From the IMG/VR virus record IMGVR_UViG_3300033121_000370, positions 8,742 through 72,741 of that record: 64,000 bases of DNA; one strand, 5' to 3'. The notes under the pieces are model-generated. The model was not told the origin of the DNA. It made no database searches and saw nothing but the letters and a program-made list of their open reading frames with translations. Positions 17,086 to 23,774 of this stretch are shown in pieces. This DNA is from a virus (lineage: Duplodnaviria; Caudoviricetes). Position 1 is the first letter of the stretch, and each line of letters begins with the position of its first letter. The translations under genes and the position numbers were made by a program.

Positions 17086-17408
17086 GATTACCTAAATACA
17101 AGAATTCTGACCTAGGCGGCTCATTGACCTAGGCAGCGGGGCTCTACGACGGAGCTGACACAGAAGGGTTATTACCAGAGCTAGCCCCCTTCCGCTACAG
17201 GGAACAGGCCTGTCCGGTACGCCAGTAAGCCGGGAAGATTAGAGGTGGAACTGCAAGCGATATTATTCGCGACTGCTGACCAACTCTTCCAAGGACCTCC
17301 CTCTCTAGAAGCAGTAGAGTGAGTTGGTATCTACAGAGGACCAGTGCACGGGTAGCCTCGACTGAGTAATTCCAACGGGAAGGCATTTTACTAGGAGAGC
17401 TCATTATT

Positions 17409-17522
17409 ATGAAGAAGAAACCTAGTGTAGTAGCTAAGAACTTAGCTTCCCCTAGATACCATCAAAGGGTGGTGCCTAACAAGAAGAAAGAAGTTAAACC
17501 TGAGATAACTGAGGAGGACTAA
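17409..17522 (+). CDS. 37-aa basic micro-ORF with ArfA-like core
   Basis: Not in the ORF track. RBS aggag. MKKKPSVVAKNLASPRYHQRVVPNKKKEVKPEITEED; LxxPxyxQRVxxNKK resembles ArfA LHDPLFRQRVEKNKKG. Confidence 0.55.
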   Translation: MKKKPSVVAKNLASPRYHQRVVPNKKKEVKPEITEED

Positions 17523-17525
17523 CTA

Positions 17526-17831
17526 ATGCTATCACCACTTCAAACTGCCTATATCTCTCAGCCTAGAATTTCCAAGACTGACGGTGGGGATTATTTCTGC
17601 GTAGGTTACGTCTACGGAGATACTAAGGGGCGTTTCCTAGATGGAACCTTAATTCACACCAGTAAGCTGGAGAAGATAGACCTAAGAAGCGGGTCTATAG
17701 ATACTCTTAATTCTATTTACCGGATTGCTAGCGAGGCCGAAATTGCAACCTACCTACAGGCTAATAGAAATGGCAACGGCTGTAGCACTCACGTCTGCCG
17801 GTGTGGGCGGAAAGACTCATCAGACGTTTAG
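17526..17831 (+). CDS. Hypothetical phage protein
   Basis: RBS gaggagg. GYVYGDTKGRFLDGTLIHTS is a recurring small phage-protein pattern. Confidence 0.65.
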   Translation: MLSPLQTAYISQPRISKTDGGDYFCVGYVYGDTKGRFLDGTLIHTSKLEKIDLRSGSIDTLNSIYRIASEAEIATYLQANRNGNGCSTHVCRCGRKDSSDV

Positions 17832-18126
17832 ACTAGGCTGTGTACTATACGACCGAAAGGGCCGTGTAGTCAAGGCCAAGGTAAACTCCCTGAAAACTCA
17901 TCCAAAGATGGCCAAGCTAACCCCTTGGCCTTTTCTACATGCGGAACAGGCGTGTATCCTTAGCCAAGGCGTAGACAACTGCGAAGGCCTGAGCTTGTTG
18001 GTTGTCCGGGTGCGGAGGGATGGCAGCTACGGTATGGCTGAGCCGTGCGTTGTGTGCAAGAAATTAATAGAGGCAGCTGGAATAACTAATGTTCACTGGA
18101 GCACCCCGGAGTGGAGCGCTCGTTAA
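17770..18126 (+). CDS. Cytidine/dCMP deaminase-like zinc protein
   Basis: HAEQACI and EPCVVC zinc-binding motifs. Likely start is the ATG at 17770. Confidence 0.8.
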   Translation: MATAVALTSAGVGGKTHQTFRLGCVLYDRKGRVVKAKVNSLKTHPKMAKLTPWPFLHAEQACILSQGVDNCEGLSLLVVRVRRDGSYGMAEPCVVCKKLIEAAGITNVHWSTPEWSAR

Positions 18127-18139
18127 AGAAGGCTAAATT

Positions 18140-18604
18140 ATGGGAACGTATAGTTTTAGGAAGGACCTGGAGAAATCCAAGGCCTCAGTAGTTGAAGCAG
18201 CCAAGCGCCTAGAGGAGGCAGAGTTTCTAGATGGCTTGTTCTTTGTTAAAGAGATTCGGGACAACTCGGCTGACCTTATTATTCACAATCCTTGGACAGA
18301 AGAAACCAAGCTTGTGGAGGTAAAGGAAGACTTCTACTGCAAGAAGTCAGGCAACGTAGCTCTTGAAGTAGAGTGCCGTGGTAAGCCATCTGGACTAGCA
18401 GCTAGCCTAGCTGACTACTGGATGTATAAGATTCACCAGCCGGACTCTACAGTTTTCTGGGGCTTGGTGCCTATCCAAGACCTGTTCCGGGCTATCCGGG
18501 ATAAGGTATTCCTCCGGGAAGTAGTAGGAGGAGACAAGGGCTCAAGTACTCGTATGTACTTGTTTAGCTTGGATGATTTCAAGGCCCTTTGTAATGAAGT
18601 TTAA
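18140..18604 (+). CDS. PD-(D/E)XK nuclease-like protein
   Basis: ADL...VEVKEDF...GNVALEVECRGKPSGL..S.ADYW pattern. Confidence 0.6.
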   Translation: MGTYSFRKDLEKSKASVVEAAKRLEEAEFLDGLFFVKEIRDNSADLIIHNPWTEETKLVEVKEDFYCKKSGNVALEVECRGKPSGLAASLADYWMYKIHQPDSTVFWGLVPIQDLFRAIRDKVFLREVVGGDKGSSTRMYLFSLDDFKALCNEV

Positions 18605-18634
18605 CCTTAGTAGATAGAGAAGGAGAGAGCAAAG

Positions 18635-19183
18635 ATGACGCTGTTTGCCGAGTTTCCTAAGATTTATCGCTTCTGGGAGCAAGATATTGTTGTAACCGAG
18701 AAGATTGATGGGACTAATGGCCTTATTCTTATCAACGAAGACCTGTCCGAGGTAAAGGCTGGTTCTCGCTCTAGGTTTATTACACCAACAAACGATAATT
18801 ATGGATTTGCCAAGTGGGTCGAAGATAACAAGGAAGAGCTGAGAAAGCTTGGGCCGGGCTACCACTACGGAGAATGGTGGGGCCAGGGTATCCAGCGGGG
18901 GTATCGTATGCCGAGAAAGGTATTTAGCCTCTTTAATGTCCACCGTTGGTCCGACCCTCTGGTTAGGCCTAGCTGCTGTGACGTTGTACCTGTGGTATAC
19001 CAAGGACTCATTCAGGGTTATCTGGAGAAGTTCCCTAACTACACAGCTGTTCCGAGCACCTCGCCCGCAGCAGACCGTTATGGCGTAACGTTTACTGACG
19101 TTGAAGGTCTTATGCTTTACTTTACGAAGTCTGGGACGTACATGAAGCACCTAAAGAAGCCAGGCCACAAGGAGGAGAAGTAA
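18635..19183 (+). CDS. ATP-dependent RNA ligase (Rnl2-like adenylation domain only)
   Basis: Motif I TEKIDGTN, AGSRSR, DNYGFAKW, motif III YGEWWGQGIQR, FSLFN and EGLM. Confidence 0.8.
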   Translation: MTLFAEFPKIYRFWEQDIVVTEKIDGTNGLILINEDLSEVKAGSRSRFITPTNDNYGFAKWVEDNKEELRKLGPGYHYGEWWGQGIQRGYRMPRKVFSLFNVHRWSDPLVRPSCCDVVPVVYQGLIQGYLEKFPNYTAVPSTSPAADRYGVTFTDVEGLMLYFTKSGTYMKHLKKPGHKEEK

Positions 19184-19188
19184 TCTAG

Positions 19189-19404
19189 ATGAATTTGTTA
19201 GATAAATGTGTAATAGCATTTGTGGTTTGCCTTACCCTATCTGTGCCCAGTTGTGTCGCGCACTCGGACTACCGAGCAAGTAAGATGGTGGAAGCGGGAG
19301 CAGACCCAATAGCTGCCATGTGTGCAACCTCAACTGCTAGCGCTCAGGTGTGCTCAGAGTATGTTTTAACCCGAGAAGAAGAAGGAGAAGTTAAGTATGA
19401 GTAA
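19189..19404 (+). CDS. Small exported or membrane protein
   Basis: Hydrophobic N-terminus, co-oriented with neighbours. Confidence 0.5.
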   Translation: MNLLDKCVIAFVVCLTLSVPSCVAHSDYRASKMVEAGADPIAAMCATSTASAQVCSEYVLTREEEGEVKYE

Positions 19405-19666
19405 TCCTATCCTAAATGAAGGCCAAGTGAAACGCAAGAGTGAAACCAAGTCAGACGGTATCAGGGCCAAGTATACTCGGTACCCTTTTCCATTCATGGA
19501 AGTGTACGACTACTTCGAAGTAGATAACACACGCCAGACGGCTGTTCGCACGGCTGCTTACTCATGGGCTAAGCGGAACGGGGAAGGTGTCCAGTTTGTG
19601 ACCCGCGTTGTTCACAAGAAGACTAACTCTGAACCAGCGGCTATCCGAGTTATCCGGGTAGCTTGA
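19397..19666 (+). CDS. Small hypothetical (possible DNA-binding) protein
   Basis: KYxxYPFxFMEVxDYF...FVTR pattern; overlapping start/stop. Confidence 0.55.
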   Translation: MSNPILNEGQVKRKSETKSDGIRAKYTRYPFPFMEVYDYFEVDNTRQTAVRTAAYSWAKRNGEGVQFVTRVVHKKTNSEPAAIRVIRVA

Positions 19667-19667
19667 G

Positions 19668-19961
19668 ATGGACATCAAAAGCATGTTAGGGGCCGTCAGG
19701 GACCTCTCCAAGCGTGAAGTCTTCCACCCTACGGTTGTTCAGTACTTGGGCCTTATAGAGGCTTCGGTAGAGCGTTTGGAGGGTAAACTAGTAACTACTG
19801 CTAGGGAGGCTAAAGATTACCGAGACACTCTAGTGTACGTCTTGGATTACTTCGGCCTAACTGACAGAATGCACTTGGAAGACTACGCTCCCGAGAACGT
19901 AGCTTCCACAATCAAAGGATTAAGCAAAGATGCCAATGAACAACGAGCAAACCACGTATAG
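19668..19961 (+). CDS. Hypothetical protein
   Basis: Tightly packed ORF. Confidence 0.55.
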   Translation: MDIKSMLGAVRDLSKREVFHPTVVQYLGLIEASVERLEGKLVTTAREAKDYRDTLVYVLDYFGLTDRMHLEDYAPENVASTIKGLSKDANEQRANHV

Positions 19962-20118
19962 TATCCTACCGCACAACGTATTCAACCGGATGGTCCAGGC
20001 TACCCTAGAAGACGTAGAGTTCTTGCTGAAGCGTGGTAAGGTCCAGGAAGGGCTGGACAAGATAACAATCCTGAAGTCTCTGTCAGCAGCTAGAGCAAAG
20101 GTAGACTTTCTACCATGA
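19930..20118 (+). CDS. Hypothetical protein
   Basis: Tightly packed ORF with ATGA overlap downstream. Confidence 0.5.
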   Translation: MPMNNEQTTYSILPHNVFNRMVQATLEDVEFLLKRGKVQEGLDKITILKSLSAARAKVDFLP

Positions 20119-20462
20119 CTAAGAAGAAAACCTATCTTAATAACCCTATTGAATTCGAGCTAGGTGTTCCTTACACAGATGATACCCTGGACTACCAGAT
20201 TCAGTATCCCTTTGAGACACCTAGCGCTGTACGTGCCAAGAACAACGTGGGAGATGTCTTCAGCAATGCTGCTCGGTGTAGAAGCTGTGGCAGCTATGTA
20301 CGCTCCAAGAACCGCCACGACAACCGTAGCTGCTCCTGTGGAGCTATCTCTGTAGATGGGGGTAGCTGGTACTGTAAGCGCTCAGGTAAGCCGGAGCTCA
20401 TTGCCAACATGATTCTTATGTATAAGGATGTATCAGATGACGATGCACAGAAAAGACTATGA
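20115..20462 (+). CDS. Cys-rich phage protein
   Basis: ARCRSCG..VRSKNRHD.RSCSCGAISVDGG zinc-finger-like motif. Confidence 0.65.
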   Translation: MTKKKTYLNNPIEFELGVPYTDDTLDYQIQYPFETPSAVRAKNNVGDVFSNAARCRSCGSYVRSKNRHDNRSCSCGAISVDGGSWYCKRSGKPELIANMILMYKDVSDDDAQKRL

Positions 20463-20781
20463 ACTCATAGCTAAGGTCTTTAAGAGGGCACGTTCCTTAA
20501 GCGAAGCTGTGGAATTGCTAGCGCCTGAGCTAGCAAGGGATAATCCTGCTTTTAATCCAGACAAATTCTTTACTGCTTGCCGGAAAGGAGTAACCGAGGA
20601 ACCACGCTCTCTTAAGCCTTGTCCCTTCTGCGGAGGGAAGAATGTTCACTTAAACGAGAACTATGAATCCTTCGGTATAAGGATGACCTCGATTTGGTGT
20701 GGTACATGCGATGCTTCTTTCACCAACACAATGGCAACTAAAGAAGCTACTATTAGCTTATGGAACTCTCGCCAGGTGTAA
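20443..20781 (+). CDS. Lar-family (restriction alleviation)-like zinc-finger protein
   Basis: C-terminal LKPCPFCGG...IWCGTCDA...ATISLWNSR. Confidence 0.65.
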   Translation: MHRKDYELIAKVFKRARSLSEAVELLAPELARDNPAFNPDKFFTACRKGVTEEPRSLKPCPFCGGKNVHLNENYESFGIRMTSIWCGTCDASFTNTMATKEATISLWNSRQV

Positions 20782-20844
20782 TAAATAAGAAACAGTTGGG
20801 ATAAATACCACGTTACGTTACGTAAGCTCACAGGAGGGCAAAGG

Positions 20845-21294
20845 ATGACCACAACCACTGACGCCGTTGAGGCGCTGACAGAAATACTACGTATTGGCGT
20901 AAATCCATCGTTTAGGAACCAGTATGGGCAATACGCCAGTTTTATTGTGGATAACATGGTTGCCAAGGGCTTCACCATCACGCGCCAGCAAGACTGTGTA
21001 CCCAGTAGTGGCTGTGTTTACGCAGATATTAAAGCATACCCACCAGACGGACGGTGCATTAATGCTCCAGCTTTGCGCTACACGGCAATTCCAACCGGAC
21101 ACGACCGTGGTTACATGGTTACAGAGCCATCCATGAGCGAGGCTGAGCTTGAGCGAGAGGCACGTAAGGTAATGCGCCACGCTTTTCCGTCGTATGTTGG
21201 AGGTGCCTGTGTTCAATCACAGAATAACTACAGCATTAAAGAGCGTAACCATGTAGCGAAGATTATCGAACTCGCCAAGAAATACAGGGGGTAG
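20845..21294 (+). CDS. Hypothetical protein
   Basis: RBS aggagg, 149 aa. Confidence 0.6.
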   Translation: MTTTTDAVEALTEILRIGVNPSFRNQYGQYASFIVDNMVAKGFTITRQQDCVPSSGCVYADIKAYPPDGRCINAPALRYTAIPTGHDRGYMVTEPSMSEAELEREARKVMRHAFPSYVGGACVQSQNNYSIKERNHVAKIIELAKKYRG

Positions 21295-21296
21295 GG

Positions 21297-21518
21297 ATGA
21301 CAAGCGAATATGTAACTGGCAAAAAGCGGTATTGTACTGGTGATACAGAGCGCAAAAAGAATATTTGCGAAGGTTGCGTATATAGCCATCAGACTGATGA
21401 ACACAAGCCGTGCAACACATGCTTTAACCCACCTGGTGATTGGTGGGCTTCTAAACCTTATAGCAACTGGAAGCCGCGTGTCAGAGTGTTGGCTGCGACG
21501 CAAAAGGAGTTACCATAA
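21297..21518 (+). CDS. Small Cys-rich protein
   Basis: CEGC and CNTC motifs. Confidence 0.55.
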   Translation: MTSEYVTGKKRYCTGDTERKKNICEGCVYSHQTDEHKPCNTCFNPPGDWWASKPYSNWKPRVRVLAATQKELP

Positions 21519-22075
21519 TGACAACCCCCGACCCCAAGTCCCCGCTGCCGGATGATGTAGAGAAATCACTTAGCAATGTCGCTTGCGGTGTAACCGACTA
21601 TTCGGACTGCACGGTACTCCGCGCCCACGTTTCGTCCCTTTACGAAACCATCGCCGCGCTGCAAGCAGAAAAGATGCAGTGGTATCATAACGCGACAAAT
21701 AACGCGGCAGAGTTACTCGCAGCAGAGAGCGAGTTATTTGGAGCAAATAATAAGATTGCCGCGCTGGAGGCCGAGAACAAGCGGCTGGTGGAGGCGTTGC
21801 AAAAGATAGCCACAACAGAATACCGCATCTATGACGGAGGTAGACCGTACACAAGTGAGCATAGCAGTGGGTACGCTTTAGGAGTCGCGGACGGCCATAG
21901 ACTTGCCGCGAAGTGGGCAGAGGAAGCCCTCGCGCAGATGGGAGAGAAGTCATGCCAGAAATGTGATGGAGCCGGGTATGACCACGGTATAGGTGAAGGA
22001 CTAAGGCTACAAGACATACCGTGCCAACAGTGCAGCGGAACCGGAAAGGTAGGTGAAAGATGTCTACAGCGTTAA
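21518..22075 (+). CDS. Coiled-coil protein with C-terminal CxxCxGxG (DnaJ-type) zinc finger
   Basis: CQKCDGAG and CQQCSGTG; RBS aaggag. Confidence 0.6.
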   Translation: MTTPDPKSPLPDDVEKSLSNVACGVTDYSDCTVLRAHVSSLYETIAALQAEKMQWYHNATNNAAELLAAESELFGANNKIAALEAENKRLVEALQKIATTEYRIYDGGRPYTSEHSSGYALGVADGHRLAAKWAEEALAQMGEKSCQKCDGAGYDHGIGEGLRLQDIPCQQCSGTGKVGERCLQR

Positions 22076-22443
22076 AAGAAGCACTGGCAGTCTGGGATAG
22101 GCTAATAGAGGGTGAAGACTGGGACTTCCCGGAGAAGGTCAGGAAACAGTATAAGCTAATTCGAGATACCGTAGAGCAAGTAGAGGCTGCTAAGGCTTTA
22201 TCTATAGCTTGGAACGAACGGGCCGTTGAGGAAGACTTCAAGCGGAGGAAAGCAGAGAAAGCAATCACTTCCCTAGAGAAAAAGATTAAGCGTCTGGAAA
22301 AAGACAACATAAAGTGGCGGATTAGAGCTACAGACTATTTTGAGGATATTCACAACTTACGCGATGGGTACAAAGTTCAGATTAAGCGTCTTACCCATGA
22401 CCTAGAAAGCGCACTCGAGAGGATTAGCCATGTTCAAGTTTGA
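22060..22443 (+). CDS. Coiled-coil hypothetical protein
   Basis: Co-oriented, overlapping ORF. Confidence 0.55.
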   Translation: MSTALKEALAVWDRLIEGEDWDFPEKVRKQYKLIRDTVEQVEAAKALSIAWNERAVEEDFKRRKAEKAITSLEKKIKRLEKDNIKWRIRATDYFEDIHNLRDGYKVQIKRLTHDLESALERISHVQV

Positions 22444-22615
22444 AGATTTGGATTGCCTTCGCCTGGTCGCTATGCGAACCCGCTTCAAGGTAAACCAGAA
22501 AAAGAGAGACCTGGAGTTTCTTCAGGGTGAAATCAAGAGCTTAGAAGCTGAGGCTGACGGCTTGGAAAGACTCCTGAAAGACTGTGGTGAAGTAGCCTCC
22601 AAAGATTTTTCTTGA
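22430..22615 (+). CDS. Hypothetical protein
   Basis: RBS gagga, overlapping ORF. Confidence 0.5.
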   Translation: MFKFEDLDCLRLVAMRTRFKVNQKKRDLEFLQGEIKSLEAEADGLERLLKDCGEVASKDFS

Positions 22616-22640
22616 CTACTCAAGTCCAAGCTGTTAAGCT
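22612..22640 (+). promoter_or_regulatory. Sigma70-like promoter
   Basis: TTGACT-17 nt-TAAGCT. Confidence 0.6.
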
Positions 22641-22966
22641 GAGACTTGAGAAACATATAGCTGCCTCGTCCGTCCCACACTATAGCGACAGGTTAAACAA
22701 AGGCTCTACCAATTCAGGCGGTAGACTGGGAATGCAGCAAGAACCCTGTAAAAAGAAAGCCCCCAAGTTTCGCTTGGGAACCGAGTAGCGCACAACTACG
22801 TGTGCTTGGTTAAAGAGGATATGGCAAGGAAACACACACTCCGCCTTCCCTCCTAGGATAACCCTAGGATAAAACTCTTAACCAGTCCCAGCGGGGGGAT
22901 ATAGTTACGCCTAAGCGCTTAGGCGCTAAGAGATTACAACTAAAGATTAGAAAGGGAGATAAGCTA

Positions 22967-23527
22967 ATGTCCAACGTCTACTTTTTGGCGGACTTACACC
23001 TAGGGCATAGGGCAATCCTAGGCTTCAACGACTCCTCTAATAAGCCCTTGAGGGTATTCCCAGGCGGAGTACCCGAAATGCACAAATACCTAGTGTCTAA
23101 ATGGAATGCTAAGGTAGAGCCTAGCGCTAAGGTTATCGTTCTAGGAGATATTTTTCTAGTAGGTTCCTCTAGTGAGCCTGGCTACAAGGAACGCCTAGAC
23201 GAGGTAGCAGAAGTACTTAGAAGCCTGAATGGAGCTACTAAGGTCCTAGTTATGGGTAACCATGATGTAGACCCTTCGAAGCATCCTCTTCTGAAGGAAA
23301 TCTTTCAGGTACACCTAGGTTGCTACCAGTTTAAGAGAGCCATCTGTACACATATTCCGGTACATCCTGGCTCTCTAGAAGGGCGCTTCGACTACAACAT
23401 CCACGGCCACCTTCACACTTACCAGGTGAAGGATACTTTAGGTAATCCAGACCCTAGGTACATTAACGTAGCCGTAGAGCAACTAGACTACACACCTAAG
23501 ACTTATGAGGAGCTTACCAGCAGATGA
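22967..23527 (+). CDS. Calcineurin-like metallophosphoesterase
   Basis: ADLHLGH, VLGD, VMGNHD, CTHIP and IHGHLH. Confidence 0.9.
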   Translation: MSNVYFLADLHLGHRAILGFNDSSNKPLRVFPGGVPEMHKYLVSKWNAKVEPSAKVIVLGDIFLVGSSSEPGYKERLDEVAEVLRSLNGATKVLVMGNHDVDPSKHPLLKEIFQVHLGCYQFKRAICTHIPVHPGSLEGRFDYNIHGHLHTYQVKDTLGNPDPRYINVAVEQLDYTPKTYEELTSR

Positions 23528-23694
23528 AGAAGTTACTAAGTGAAGAAGCTAAGGATGCCTCGGTAATCCTTATTCTGTTTGTAGGTGCTTTGTACCTCTT
23601 AGGCTGGGCTGCCTTTCACTCCCCAAAGGGAGGGCTGCCTAAGCCATCAACTGTAGTTTGTCAAGCATCGACTAATAGCGGGTTGGAGAAGTAG
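23524..23694 (+). CDS. Small membrane protein whose 3' end overlaps the tRNA
   Basis: Not in the ORF track. ATGA overlap; MKKLLSEEAKDASVILILFVGALYLLGWAAF... Confidence 0.4.
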   Translation: MKKLLSEEAKDASVILILFVGALYLLGWAAFHSPKGGLPKPSTVVCQASTNSGLEK

Positions 23695-23751
23695 TATCTC
23701 GTCAGGCCCATAACCTGAAGACCACTGGTGCAATTCCAGTACCCGCACCCA
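23677..23751 (+). tRNA. tRNA-Met (CAU), initiator-like
   Basis: Full cloverleaf with 1:72 A.A mismatch, A11:U24, anticodon arm tcagg-ccCATaa-cctga, T-arm actgg-tgcaatt-ccagt and encoded CCA. Confidence 0.9.
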
Positions 23752-23774
23752 TTCTAGCTATAGAGGCTGTTTAG

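Noticed and set aside
16807-17400. Permuted (two-piece) tmRNA
   Set aside because: The CCA-ending element pairs with its own 5' end and has A3:U70 rather than the G3.U70 alanine determinant. The candidate tag frame ends in DC, not AA.
18542-19150. 202-aa minus-strand ORF (also 21570..22310 and 26408..27007)
   Set aside because: These are shadows of the RNA ligase, the small early genes and the DNA polymerase, against the direction of this arm.
5036-23700. T7-type single-subunit RNA polymerase or integrase
   Set aside because: No ORF of suitable size or motif exists in the early arm, and sigma70-like promoters are present. Parts of the genome outside the window cannot be assessed.
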